Origin: Bacteroidales bacterium
GTDB lineage: Bacteria > Bacteroidota > Bacteroidia > Bacteroidales > JACABE01
Direction of reading: 5' to 3'
DNA length: 48,055 bases
Assembly (NCBI GenBank): GCA_023251515.1
Contig: JAHEYQ010000007.1
Span: 50,363-98,417 of the forward strand
The position numbers and the translations under genes are program-made. The notes under the pieces are model-generated. The model saw only the letters and a list, made by a program, of their open reading frames with translations. It did not search any database and was not told the DNA's origin. Shown one piece after another: positions 9,308 through 19,448 of the stretch; position 1 is the stretch's first letter; the number at the start of each line of letters is the position of its first letter.

Positions 9308-10066
9308 TCAGACTTCCTCAAACCATTTTTTAAAGAGTGTAACTTTTTCTCTGCTTATAATAACATCTTCTGTTGACGGAATATGCATTTTAAGTAGTAT
9401 TCTTGAATTAAAATATAAGATGATTTCTTTAATGCTATTTTTTGCAATAATAAATTGACGATTAGCTCTGAAGAATAAAGATGAATCAAGTTGTTCCATT
9501 ATATCATCCATTTTCAAATCAATTGGAAATTGTTCACGGGTAGATAATTGAGCGTAAACAATTCCATCTGAAATAAAAAAATACGCAATAGAATCGACCA
9601 AAACAGGTATTAATTTATCCTGAAAATTTACTAAAAAACTACGTCGAAAAGTTTTTTTATTCTGACTATCTCTTTTTATAAGTTCAAGTATCTTTTGACC
9701 ACTGAATAATTGCTGAGAAGTATATTTTGCAAAGCTGAATTTAAGCATCTCAGGATCAATAGGTTTCAAAAGGTAATCAATGCTATTTAATTTAAAAGCC
9801 TGAATAGCATATTCATCATAAGCCGTTGTAAAAATTATAGGTGCCTGAGTATGAATCTGATCAAATAAAGAAAATGACAATCCATCAGCAATTTGAATAT
9901 CGGAGAAAATCAAATCTGGTTGATGATTGCTATCAAACCATTGAATCCCTGATTTAACACTATCAATTACAGCTAAAATTTCAATACTGTTATCTAATTT
10001 CAACAGCAATGTTTTCAGGTGGTTAGAAGCAGAAACCTCATCTTCAATAATCAAACATTTTGTCAT
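9308..10066 (-). CDS. LytTR-family two-component response regulator
   Basis: N-terminal receiver domain (LIIEDE...LIFSDIQIADG) and C-terminal LytTR DNA-binding domain. 4-nt overlap with the upstream kinase. Confidence 0.85.
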   Translation of the reverse strand: MTKCLIIEDEVSASNHLKTLLLKLDNSIEILAVIDSVKSGIQWFDSNHQPDLIFSDIQIADGLSFSLFDQIHTQAPIIFTTAYDEYAIQAFKLNSIDYLLKPIDPEMLKFSFAKYTSQQLFSGQKILELIKRDSQNKKTFRRSFLVNFQDKLIPVLVDSIAYFFISDGIVYAQLSTREQFPIDLKMDDIMEQLDSSLFFRANRQFIIAKNSIKEIILYFNSRILLKMHIPSTEDVIISREKVTLFKKWFEEV

Positions 10067-11115
10067 TTTTTTTCAATTAATGGTAAAACAACTTCAAACG
10101 TTTTCTTATCACATTTTATTTTAATCTCATTACTTGAAATGGCTTTAAATCTTTCTGTTAAATTTTGCAAACCTATTCCATTTCCTTGTGAGTCTTTTTT
10201 TATCATATAATTATTAATTACATTAATAAACTTTAAATCATCACTTTGTAAAATAGAAATAGTTAAAGGAAATTCTTCAGAGATAATATTATGCTTGATT
10301 GCATTCTCAAGTAAAATTTGTAATGACATAGGAGGAATTTCAAAACCTAATGTATTAATAATATGTTTTTTATAAACTATTTTATCACCAAATCTGATAC
10401 TCAGCAGATGCATATAAGCATCGGCAAGCTCTAATTCTGTAATTAATGGTACAAGAGTGCTTTTTTGCATTTCAATAGATGAACGTAATAAAAATGACAA
10501 TTTATTCAGATAAACCTGACTTTTCTCTTTATCTTCTTCAATTAGCCAACTCAATGTATTTAAGGCATTAAAGAAAAAATGCGGATTAAGTTGATTTTTC
10601 AGAACTTCAATTTGTGAATTTAAATTTTGTTGCTTTAATAGGGAATTATCAATAAAAATCTGTTTGCGATGTTCCTGAATTTTAATGTAATTACTCAGAA
10701 ATATCGAAGCAATCAATATCAAGATTCCACGCGTAATCACCGAACTAATTACAAATGAAATATTATCAATAAAAAATGAACTTATAAATATCAACAATCC
10801 AACAAAAGATAAATAAAGTAATAAGGTAATTGATAATGTTTTCCAGAAAGTTAGTTTGTTTAAGTTAACTGACCATTTATTTTTTTGCAGAAAACTAATC
10901 AACAAATAAGCAAAAATAAATGATAAAACCAATTGGGTAAACATATCGGCAAAAAGACCAATAGGATTAATAACCTCATTAGGTGCATGTTCAAAAGGAT
11001 GATTTTCATTACGCTTAACAGCCATATCCATAATTGGTAGATTTGCCAACAAGCTGATAATTAAAGATGACCAGAAGATAAATACTGAATTTGATTTTTC
11101 TTTTAATGCATTCAT
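10063..11115 (-). CDS. LytS-like sensor histidine kinase (membrane)
   Basis: Multiple N-terminal TM helices. His_kinase domain with NPHFFFNALNTL motif and C-terminal HATPase (GNGIGLQN). Confidence 0.8.
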   Translation of the reverse strand: MNALKEKSNSVFIFWSSLIISLLANLPIMDMAVKRNENHPFEHAPNEVINPIGLFADMFTQLVLSFIFAYLLISFLQKNKWSVNLNKLTFWKTLSITLLLYLSFVGLLIFISSFFIDNISFVISSVITRGILILIASIFLSNYIKIQEHRKQIFIDNSLLKQQNLNSQIEVLKNQLNPHFFFNALNTLSWLIEEDKEKSQVYLNKLSFLLRSSIEMQKSTLVPLITELELADAYMHLLSIRFGDKIVYKKHIINTLGFEIPPMSLQILLENAIKHNIISEEFPLTISILQSDDLKFINVINNYMIKKDSQGNGIGLQNLTERFKAISSNEIKIKCDKKTFEVVLPLIEKK

Positions 11116-11125
11116 ATTGAAATTT

Positions 11126-12832
11126 TTATAGATTTACCCAATCTCCATTTGTTTTGATTAAATCAATTAATTTATCAAGAGCCTCATATTCTGGAATATT
11201 TTTTTCAACCACTTCTTTTCCTTTATAAAGTGTGATTCTGCCATATCCGGCACCTACATAACCATAATGGGCATCAGCCATTTCGCCGGGACCATTTACG
11301 ATACAGCCCATTACAGCAATTTTTAAGCCTTTCAGATGAGAAGTTCGCTCTTTAATCAGTTTAAGTGCATCCATAATTCTGAATTGTGTTCTGCCACATG
11401 AAGGACATGAAATAAATTCGGTTTTACTTATACGTACACCACAGGCTTGCAGAATATTAAAAGAGGTTTTGGTAATAATATCAAGATCGAAATTCGGATT
11501 TTCTATCCAGATTCCATCACAAAAACCATCGACAAGTAATGCATTTAAATCGGCAGCAGCTTTCATTTGAAATTGTTCTAAATCAGCTATATTATAAGTT
11601 TTTTTAATTATAACAGGCGACTCGATCTGATATTTATTTAGCAAACTAAATAATTTACGTTCCTGAAAACTATTTTGATTTTTTAAATTGAAAACTAAAA
11701 TTTTATCTGACAAGTTTTTATATAAAGTGTCATTTTCAAAAAATTCTAAATTATCAACAATCAGATATTCAATTGATAATGTCGTTTTGTTGTTAACTAA
11801 CTGATTGTTAATGCAAGAATAATCAGCTTTGTTATCACCCACAATTTTTACAGCCTGATTACTTCCAATTTCATTAATTAACAGAGATTTTCTTTTGTCG
11901 TATTGATATGGATTGGCCGGAAAAGCCAGTGTTTCTGAAATATTCTCAGAAATTGTTTTTGTATAAAAATCTACAATTTTTCGTGCAACAGGCAATTCAA
12001 ATTCAGGATCTTCTGTTAATGAAACACGTATAGTATCTCCAATTCCATCGTGTAATAATGCTCCAATACCGGCAGCAGATTTAATTCTGCCATCCTCGGC
12101 ATCACCAGCTTCGGTTACACCCAAATGGATAGGATAGTTGAAACCTTCAGTTTTCATTTTTGCGACCAATAATCTGGTTGAAGCAATCATAACTTTTACA
12201 TTACTCGATTTCATGGATAAAACCAGATTATGAAAGTAGAAGCCATTAAGAATTCTGATAAATTCCATGGCTGATTCTGCCATTCCTTCCGGTGTATCGC
12301 CATAACGATTTAATATTCTGTTGGATAGCGAGCCATGATTGGTTCCGATTCTGATAGCAGTCTGATTTTTTTTACAGATTTCAATTAATGGGAAAATACG
12401 TTCAGAAATTTTTTTGAGTTCTTCCTGATATTCTTTATCTGTAAATTCAAATTTACCGATATTCCGGTCAGTATAATTGCCTGGATTGATGCGAACTTTT
12501 TCAACAATTGAAGCTGCTATTTCTGCGGCTTTCGGATTAAAATGAATATCAGCAATTAAAGGTGTCTGATAACCTCTTTTTACCAATTCATTTTTGATAT
12601 TTGCCAGATTTTCAGCTTCCTTTACGCCGGGAGCTGTAATTCTGACATACTCGCAACCGGATTCAATCATTCTGATACTCTGAGCAACCGTAGCTTCGGT
12701 ATTCATGGTATCGGTATTTGTCATCGACTGAATACGAATGGGATTATTTCCACCCAAAGCTGTATTGCCAATTCTAACTTCACGAGTTTTAAATCGTTGA
12801 TAATAATATGGATTTTCGATAAATTGATTCAT
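11126..12832 (-). CDS. ispG: 4-hydroxy-3-methylbut-2-en-1-yl diphosphate synthase IspG (long form with inserted domain)
   Basis: 568 aa. N-terminal TIM-barrel region (VRIGNTALGGNNPIRIQSMTNTDT). C-terminal 4Fe-4S region (SCPSCGRTQF...GCIVNGPGE). The large insert is typical of Bacteroidetes/plant GcpE. Confidence 0.95.
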   Translation of the reverse strand: MNQFIENPYYYQRFKTREVRIGNTALGGNNPIRIQSMTNTDTMNTEATVAQSIRMIESGCEYVRITAPGVKEAENLANIKNELVKRGYQTPLIADIHFNPKAAEIAASIVEKVRINPGNYTDRNIGKFEFTDKEYQEELKKISERIFPLIEICKKNQTAIRIGTNHGSLSNRILNRYGDTPEGMAESAMEFIRILNGFYFHNLVLSMKSSNVKVMIASTRLLVAKMKTEGFNYPIHLGVTEAGDAEDGRIKSAAGIGALLHDGIGDTIRVSLTEDPEFELPVARKIVDFYTKTISENISETLAFPANPYQYDKRKSLLINEIGSNQAVKIVGDNKADYSCINNQLVNNKTTLSIEYLIVDNLEFFENDTLYKNLSDKILVFNLKNQNSFQERKLFSLLNKYQIESPVIIKKTYNIADLEQFQMKAAADLNALLVDGFCDGIWIENPNFDLDIITKTSFNILQACGVRISKTEFISCPSCGRTQFRIMDALKLIKERTSHLKGLKIAVMGCIVNGPGEMADAHYGYVGAGYGRITLYKGKEVVEKNIPEYEALDKLIDLIKTNGDWVNL

Positions 12833-13340
12833 TTTCTTTAAAAAAGACGGAAGACGGAAGACCGAAGACGGAAGACCGAAGTCGGAAGTCGGAAGTCGGG
12901 CTACCGAATGTAAATATTACTGTATTTTCTTTTGAAATGCAACCATCATATTCATTAAATTGAATGCATATTCATAATGTATTAAGAATTCTTTCTCTGA
13001 TATATATTCTCGCCTTTTGGCTTTATGCAAACAAGTAACAACTTCAGCAAGTGAACGTATTGAAAACCCCATAAATCTTTTAAATTCCAGATTAGATTGC
13101 CCAATTGAACCTTCAGATATATTTAATGCAATTGAATCAACTGCTCTTCTTATTTGAGAAGAAAGATTAAATAATTCTTCTTTTGGAAAAGCAGATGTCA
13201 TTTTATGAATGATTTCTCCATAATCCATAGCCATCTGCCAGATAATTAATTTCTCAAATTTGAATTCCATAAATCTGTTTTTGCATTAGTTAAATACTAA
13301 AAGACACAAACTCTACTTTTGACTTCGGTCTTCCCACTTC
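12833..13340. mobile_element. IVS-like element A: heptamer repeats + four-helix-bundle protein gene + inverted terminus
   Basis: Left end has 8 tandem heptamers (GACGGAA/GACCGAA/GTCGGAA, 12846-12900). Right end GACTTCGGTCTTCCCACTTC (13321-13340) is the inverse complement. Fills the whole ispG/peptidase spacer. Confidence 0.6.
12917..13270 (-). CDS. Four-helix-bundle protein (family formerly called 23S rRNA intervening-sequence protein)
   Basis: 117 aa MEFKFEKLIIWQMAMDYGEIIHKMTSAFPKEELFNLSSQIRRAVDSIALNISEG... Characteristic sequence and size of the TIGR02436-type family. Embedded between inverted repeats. Confidence 0.75.
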   Translation of the reverse strand: MEFKFEKLIIWQMAMDYGEIIHKMTSAFPKEELFNLSSQIRRAVDSIALNISEGSIGQSNLEFKRFMGFSIRSLAEVVTCLHKAKRREYISEKEFLIHYEYAFNLMNMMVAFQKKIQ

Positions 13341-14939
13341 TTAAAACATTTCGTCATATTTTGTCCACAGAAAATCGCCTAAATCCCAGGCTTTTTTAAC
13401 AACCTTAGTTCCCCATTCGTTGGTGTATTTATTCAGATTTTCGATGGCTTGTTTATTTTTCTTTTGAGAAATCAGCAAAATAGCATCATTTTCTACTTTT
13501 TTCTGATTTTCAAATAATTCCTTTTGCCATGGATTCCATACTTTGTCAATATCTTTACGCATATCACCCCAACGGTGAGAAGCAAGTGTTCCTAATCTGT
13601 TGAAAGCCCACCATGCAGATTCCATATTATAACCTTTGGTTCTGCCGGGAGTTTTGTATGGTTTTGGCAAATCTAATGATTGACAATACACCGGAACATA
13701 AATAGAGGTTGCTACATTATCCAAAGCAAGCCAAACCACTCCGCCAACTTCGTCGGGCATCCAGCTTCGTGATTGAGTGATGGTTCCGTACATGGTGTAC
13801 CAGCGGGCTATCGGACGTTCGCCACGCCAGCCCCAGCCGCCGTTGATACGCAACATTTTATTCATATCATAAGGCATTTGTGGATTTGCCATAGGTGAAA
13901 TCACCATTTTTCCGCTATCATTGGCTACAAGCAAATCTTTGGTCATATCAAATGGAGTTCCTTCGTAATAATCTTTAAAAATACGAACCATCCATTCCAA
14001 TGTTACTGGTTTATCAGGTTTTACTGAAAAAGGATAATTTTCTGCATTGGGATCTAACTTTAAAGAAGGAGCCATCAAATCAAATACTCTCCATTCTCTG
14101 CGGCGTGATGCCAATGAAGTACGGCTTTCGGGTGCATAAGCATAACAAAAACGGAAAGTTTCGGTTCCTTCTTTATACCAGCCATGTTCTTTGGCAACCG
14201 TATAGATATTTTCTGAAGCCATAAAATAATCCGGTTTACTCAAATCAATTTCTTTAATTGTGCTTGCATTGGCATTTACACCTACCTGATCGTCAGGTAC
14301 ACGCTGAGCAACCCACACTGCTCCTAATTTATCCTTACCCGGACCAACAATTTCGAAATGCCATACTTCTTGTTTATCAGCGATAGTTAAACACTCACCT
14401 GCATCGCTCCATCCGTATTTTTTTGTCAATTCATCAGCCAGTTTAATGGCTTCGCGGGCAGTAGTGCATCGTTCGAGCATCAGTTGACAAAGTTGCTGAC
14501 AATCAATCAATCCTTTGTTTGATTGTAATTCTTCTCTGCCTCCAAATGTAGATTCGCCAATAGCAAGTTGTTTCTCATTCATACAGGGATAAGCAGTATT
14601 GATGAATCCATAAGTTGACTCAACCTGAGGAATTTCACCCACTTTATTGTAAGCATAAGAAGGCATGGGAAAGGTATCGCAAGGTACCCGGCGATAAACG
14701 GGCTGCATAGTGCCAGGCTTATGTTTCATTGCAGGAGTCATATACATTTCAGAACGTGTACGATGACTGTCATCGGTATGTGAAGTTTGAACGCTACCAT
14801 CAACCGAAGCCTTTTTACCAACAGTTATGGAAGTGCATGCATCGGGAAATCCACCCACCCAATCGCTTTTGTCAATTTGGGCAAAACTGCTTATTTGCAG
14901 AGCTAAAATCAGAATAATTGTAAAAATTGTTTTTTTCAT
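13341..14939 (-). CDS. Secreted C69-family dipeptidase (Ntn-hydrolase)
   Basis: Signal peptide, then the DACTSITVGKKASVDGS nucleophile-Cys motif typical of peptidase C69. 532 aa. Confidence 0.8.
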   Translation of the reverse strand: MKKTIFTIILILALQISSFAQIDKSDWVGGFPDACTSITVGKKASVDGSVQTSHTDDSHRTRSEMYMTPAMKHKPGTMQPVYRRVPCDTFPMPSYAYNKVGEIPQVESTYGFINTAYPCMNEKQLAIGESTFGGREELQSNKGLIDCQQLCQLMLERCTTAREAIKLADELTKKYGWSDAGECLTIADKQEVWHFEIVGPGKDKLGAVWVAQRVPDDQVGVNANASTIKEIDLSKPDYFMASENIYTVAKEHGWYKEGTETFRFCYAYAPESRTSLASRRREWRVFDLMAPSLKLDPNAENYPFSVKPDKPVTLEWMVRIFKDYYEGTPFDMTKDLLVANDSGKMVISPMANPQMPYDMNKMLRINGGWGWRGERPIARWYTMYGTITQSRSWMPDEVGGVVWLALDNVATSIYVPVYCQSLDLPKPYKTPGRTKGYNMESAWWAFNRLGTLASHRWGDMRKDIDKVWNPWQKELFENQKKVENDAILLISQKKNKQAIENLNKYTNEWGTKVVKKAWDLGDFLWTKYDEMF

Positions 14940-14952
14940 GGTTTGATATTAA

Positions 14953-15253
14953 GTCGGAAGACCGAAGACCGAAGACGGAAGTAAGGCTACCGTATGTAAA
15001 TGTTATTGTATTTTCTTTTGAAATGTTACCATCTTATTCATTAAGTTAAAAGCATATTCATAATGTTTATTAAATTCTTCTAATGTTATAAATCCTCTTC
15101 TTTTGGAAATTCAGATGCCACCTTATGAATATTTTCACCATATTCCATAGCATTTTGCCAAATAATTAATTTCTCAAATTTGAATTCCATAAGTCTGCTT
15201 TCCTATTATAAAAAATTAAAAGACATAAACCCTACTTCGGTCTTCCGACTTCT
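14953..15253. mobile_element. IVS-like element B: degenerate second copy with the same heptamer/inverted termini
   Basis: GTCGGAAGACCGAAGACCGAAGACGGAAG (14953-14981) and inverse complement CTTCGGTCTTCCGACTTCT (15235-15253). Internal sequence is ~85% identical to element A ends. Confidence 0.6.
15001..15190 (-). pseudogene. Internally deleted four-helix-bundle protein gene remnant
   Basis: RC reads MEFKFEKLIIWQNAMEYGENIHKVASEFPKEEDL-stop, then in another frame HYEYAFNLMNKMVTFQKKIQ-stop. The N- and C-terminal ends of the element-A protein are retained but ~60 central codons are missing. Confidence 0.6.
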
Positions 15254-15359
15254 AACTTTTATGCAAACCTACTAATATTTTTTGATATTTTGCGAAATCA
15301 GATGTGTTTTTCAATCAAAAAACTGTAAATTTGCTTAATAAAAAATCAATCAAATTATC

Positions 15360-16403
15360 ATGATAAATCCTGATTTCACTAAAATTGAAGGCATTGTTCT
15401 GCATAAAATCGGTATTAAACTTAATGAAGAAGGTATACGCTATTCTAAATCACCGATTCGTACCGACGAAACCATAAACGAACTGTTGCTTAAATATTTC
15501 TTTTCGCCGTTCAAACAGAGTGAATATTATAACCTTTATCATGACACCGATTTGAATCTGAACGAAATTTACAGCTATGTAAGTAATATTTTTGCAGATA
15601 CTGCTGAATTGCACGAACAGTCAGTAAACATTGCCAAGCATTTGTACGAACAATCTGTACATCCGAAAATAAAAAGCGGCGAAATGTATGTGGTTTATTT
15701 TAAAGATTGTATGCTTGATGGCGAAAATATGGACGCTGTGGGTATTTTTAAATCGGAAAACCGCGAAACTTACCTTAAGGTTTACCCCAGTGGCGATGGA
15801 TTTGAGATTGATAGCGAAGCCGGTATCAATATTAATAAACTCGACAAAGGTTGCCTAATTTTTAATACTGAAAAAGAAAACGGGTATGTGGTTGCGGTGG
15901 TTGACAACCTTAGTAAAGGTAGTGAAGCTCAGTACTGGATGGATAATTTTCTGCATCTTCGGATCAGGCACGACGAATTTCACAATACACGCGAGGTGCT
16001 GAATATGTGCAAAAGTTTTGTGGTAGAAACAATGCCGAAAGAATACGATGTTTCGAAAGCCGACCAAGCTGATTTGCTGAACCAGAGTCTGCAGTTTTTT
16101 AAGGAAAATGAAACCTTTGAATTTGACGATTTTGCCGAAAATGTGATGAAACAACCCGAAGTAATTGAGTCGTTTAAGCAATTCAAAAGTTTTTATGAAG
16201 ATGAAAAAGAATTAAAGATTGCCGATAGTTTCGATATTTCGGAAGAAGCTGTGAAAAAACAGGCAAGAGTGATGAAAAGTGTAATAAAACTTGATAAAAA
16301 CTTTCATATTTATATCCATGGCAAACGCGAACTGATTGAAAAAGGCTATGAAGATGAAAATAAAATGCACTTTTATAAGTTGTATTTTAAGGAGGAGATG
16401 TAA
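15360..16403 (+). CDS. Nucleoid-associated protein, NdpA/YejK (NA37)-like
   Basis: 347 aa. N-terminal KIEGIVLHKIG resembles the YejK INQIALHQLI start. Size and acidic C-terminal half are consistent. Assignment by eye only. Confidence 0.45.
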   Translation: MINPDFTKIEGIVLHKIGIKLNEEGIRYSKSPIRTDETINELLLKYFFSPFKQSEYYNLYHDTDLNLNEIYSYVSNIFADTAELHEQSVNIAKHLYEQSVHPKIKSGEMYVVYFKDCMLDGENMDAVGIFKSENRETYLKVYPSGDGFEIDSEAGININKLDKGCLIFNTEKENGYVVAVVDNLSKGSEAQYWMDNFLHLRIRHDEFHNTREVLNMCKSFVVETMPKEYDVSKADQADLLNQSLQFFKENETFEFDDFAENVMKQPEVIESFKQFKSFYEDEKELKIADSFDISEEAVKKQARVMKSVIKLDKNFHIYIHGKRELIEKGYEDENKMHFYKLYFKEEM

Positions 16404-16499
16404 TACCTTCTTCATTATAAAATATTACAAATAATTACGACGTGTAAATAATCAAAAAGAGTATCGTATTTATTTTTTATAAATGCTAAATATGTTGTA

Positions 16500-16507
16500 A
16501 ATTTGTT
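16500..16507 (+). promoter_or_regulatory. Bacteroidetes sigma-A -7 box candidate (TAAATTTG = TAnnTTTG) ~28 nt upstream of the 16536 start
   Basis: Motif match to the Bacteroidetes -7 consensus, with appropriate spacing to the ATG. Confidence 0.35.
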
Positions 16508-16535
16508 GATTAAACATTAGTAGGTTTTAGTAAGT

Positions 16536-19448
16536 ATGGCAACAACATTATTTGAGAAAAATATCCTTGATCTTAACTTTTCTTTTTTAACTCAAAAAGG
16601 AGAAAGTGGGATATTATTGACAAATAATTATGTAAATATCAAAAAAGACTTAGCCTCCCCTGACTTACTATTTTCATTGGAAATTGCCAAAACTAAATTC
16701 AATGCAGATGCAGTATATTTCCGTTTTTTTCAGGATGGAAGAGCAGCAGTGCCTCATTTATACTTATTTGATTATACTCAAAAGAATCTTACCACTGAAG
16801 ATAAGAACCGCATTCATATCCAAATGTGGAATGGCTATCAGGTTCCTGCTTATATTATTATTGAAAAATCTACTGTAAGTGTATTTGATTCCAGAAAGAA
16901 GCCTGATGATAAGAGAGATGTTTACGCAAAAGAAATTATAATATTTGCTGGTGAAGCAATTAAGGATTTTAAAGCACATGATTTTGATGATGGCTTATTT
17001 TGGGATGAACAAAACGAGAAAAAAGATTTTAAATTTGAACAATCTGCTACCAAGGATTTAATTAGGGGCTTGAAAAATGTTTATGAAAGTTTTCAAAAAA
17101 AATCAGGATTAAACAGACATGTCGCACTGAAATTACTTGTCCAAAGCCTTCTTATAAAGTATTTGGAAGAACGAGACGAAAAAAGTGCCAGTGGCTATTT
17201 TGCAGGTACATATTTCAAAAATAATTTCCAGTGTGAAAATTTCTGTGCAACTATCAGAAATGGAAAACTTTTGGATTTATTAGACCAATTGGCTAAAGAC
17301 TTTAATGGTAAAATATTTGAATGGCATAAAGAAGAGGAAAAAGAAGAAAGAGATGCAATTAGAAAAACAGGAGTACAACAACTTGCTGATTATTTAGATG
17401 GAAATATTCAGGACAACCAATATATTCTTTGGCGATTATATTCATTTTCGCATTTACCTGTAGAAGTAATTAGCTCTGTATATGAAGAACTATTGACTGA
17501 CAGTAAAGATATTGTTTACACACCAGAAATGATAGTTTGCACTTTGGTGGATGAATGTATGCCTCTAAAATGCCCGAAACAGGATTTTAAATTAATTGAT
17601 GTAAGTTGTGGCTCGGGAATTTTTTTGGTAAAAGCGTATAAACGCATTGTCCAATGGTGGAGATATGAACAATGGTTAAAAACCGGAGAATTAGTTAAAC
17701 CCCCATTATCTGTATTAAAAGAGTTGCTTTTAAAAAGCATACACGGCATAGATATAGAACAGGATGCCATACGATTAACTGTATTTAGTCTGGCATTGGC
17801 AATCTTGGATGAAGTTAATTTAGACCCACCAACATGGCAAGTACTTAAGTTTCCAGATTTAAGTGAGAATATTGTTACAAAAGACTTCTTCAAGTATATT
17901 ACAACATTTCCAAAAGACAGATTTGATTTAGTAATTGGCAATCCTCCATTTAACTTGCAAACTGTTAATGGTAAAGAACCGAACAGAAAAAGATATTTTA
18001 AGGAATTAAAAGAACAAACAGGATACAAAAGCGAGATTAGCATCCCTGATGAAAACCCTGCTTTGCACTTTTTGGTACAATCAATGAATTTATTAGAACC
18101 TAACGCTTTGCTTTGTTTGATTCAACCTTCAGGTCCATTGCTCTACCAAAAGGATATAGATTTTAAGCAGAAATTGTTTTCCAAACATAATCTATTGCAA
18201 GTTATTGATTTTACTAAACTGGCAGATAAACTTTGGGGTAGGAAAAATGTAGCTACTGCTGCAGTATTTATACAAAATTTAACCCCTGATAATGAAGACG
18301 TTCTTCACTTGGTTGCCAATCGTACCTTTTCAAATAAAAACCGTTTATTTTTAGAATTTGACCACTATGATTTTCATTTAGTCAGCAAAGACGCTATTTT
18401 GCAAAATCCATATATTTGGAAAGCAAATTTATTAGGTGGAGGTAGGATTGTGCAATTGATTGAAAGATTATCAAGTTTACGGACACTAGGAGAATTTTTA
18501 AATGGAAAAGAAAACGAAGGATGGATAAAAGGGGAAGGATTTATAGAAAAAGGTGATAAAAATCAAGCAACATATATTACTGGTAATGATTTTTTACCCA
18601 CAGAATCATTTTCTGAAAAAGGTTTTGAAATTGACCATTTCCCTAAATGTACAATCGATTTTTTTCATAGACCTAGAAAAAAAGAATTGTATAGTCCACC
18701 TCATTTATTAATTAGAAAAGTTCTTGGAAAAGAAAAACTAATAACAAAATTCTCTGATTTATATTTAACCTTTCTTAGTGATATTTTTTCAATTTATGCA
18801 CCAATGAAAGACAGAAGTGAATTAATTAATATTTCTAATTATTTAGATTCAACTGGTGAGTTATTACGTTTTTATATCTTAGCGACTAGTAGTAGAGTTA
18901 AAGTCAATAAAGCAACTTCATTATATGATGAAGATATTTTGAATATTCCTTTTCCTTATAATCTATCTGAAGTTATACTTTCAATAGCTGAAAATATATT
19001 ATTAAATGATTCAATGCTATATTTCTTTTGTTCAGATTCTAAAAACGTCTTTGAACAAAGTATTTCAGAAAAACAAATACAGCAATTCTCAAATATTTTC
19101 TGCCAAACATTAAATAGCGTATATCAATCTGAAGGAAAATCTTTTCAACTATTTAAAATACTGGATGCTGGTAAATATTATGCCTTACACTTTGAATATT
19201 CAACAGAAATTATCAATCCTGAAATTGAACAAATAGATAATTTAGAACAATATATAAACGAAATAATTCCTGCAAGAAAAAAAAACCAAGAAAATACTCA
19301 TATCCAGAGAATAATGAAAGTGTATGGACAGGATTGTATCATTTTGGCCAAACCCAAACAATTACGTTACTGGTTACTCTCAATTGCTTTAAGGGATGCA
19401 GATGAAACATTTGCTGACTACATAAAAACCCGTTACCATAATGCTTAA
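16536..19448 (+). CDS. Single-chain Type IIG / MmeI-like restriction-modification protein: gamma-class N6-adenine DNA methyltransferase core with large N- and C-terminal extensions
   Basis: 970 aa. Motif I IDVSCGSGIFLV, then HGIDIEQDAIRLTVFSLALAIL, then motif IV VIGNPPFN, in the same order as MmeI (DPACGCGNFLV / GIEIEEFPAQIAQVALWL / ILGNPPF). N-terminal PAYIIIEKS resembles the MmeI ILLIEMKSRG nuclease segment. ~500-aa C-terminal region would be the TRD. Confidence 0.75.
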   Translation: MATTLFEKNILDLNFSFLTQKGESGILLTNNYVNIKKDLASPDLLFSLEIAKTKFNADAVYFRFFQDGRAAVPHLYLFDYTQKNLTTEDKNRIHIQMWNGYQVPAYIIIEKSTVSVFDSRKKPDDKRDVYAKEIIIFAGEAIKDFKAHDFDDGLFWDEQNEKKDFKFEQSATKDLIRGLKNVYESFQKKSGLNRHVALKLLVQSLLIKYLEERDEKSASGYFAGTYFKNNFQCENFCATIRNGKLLDLLDQLAKDFNGKIFEWHKEEEKEERDAIRKTGVQQLADYLDGNIQDNQYILWRLYSFSHLPVEVISSVYEELLTDSKDIVYTPEMIVCTLVDECMPLKCPKQDFKLIDVSCGSGIFLVKAYKRIVQWWRYEQWLKTGELVKPPLSVLKELLLKSIHGIDIEQDAIRLTVFSLALAILDEVNLDPPTWQVLKFPDLSENIVTKDFFKYITTFPKDRFDLVIGNPPFNLQTVNGKEPNRKRYFKELKEQTGYKSEISIPDENPALHFLVQSMNLLEPNALLCLIQPSGPLLYQKDIDFKQKLFSKHNLLQVIDFTKLADKLWGRKNVATAAVFIQNLTPDNEDVLHLVANRTFSNKNRLFLEFDHYDFHLVSKDAILQNPYIWKANLLGGGRIVQLIERLSSLRTLGEFLNGKENEGWIKGEGFIEKGDKNQATYITGNDFLPTESFSEKGFEIDHFPKCTIDFFHRPRKKELYSPPHLLIRKVLGKEKLITKFSDLYLTFLSDIFSIYAPMKDRSELINISNYLDSTGELLRFYILATSSRVKVNKATSLYDEDILNIPFPYNLSEVILSIAENILLNDSMLYFFCSDSKNVFEQSISEKQIQQFSNIFCQTLNSVYQSEGKSFQLFKILDAGKYYALHFEYSTEIINPEIEQIDNLEQYINEIIPARKKNQENTHIQRIMKVYGQDCIILAKPKQLRYWLLSIALRDADETFADYIKTRYHNA

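Noticed and set aside
17516-18043. 175-aa minus-strand ORF
   Set aside because: Antisense within the 970-aa methyltransferase gene, with no motifs. The same reasoning applies to other antisense ORFs at 3296-3653, 4253-4897, 21324-21777, 27072-27530, 29205-30775, 38214-38753 and 45765-46156.
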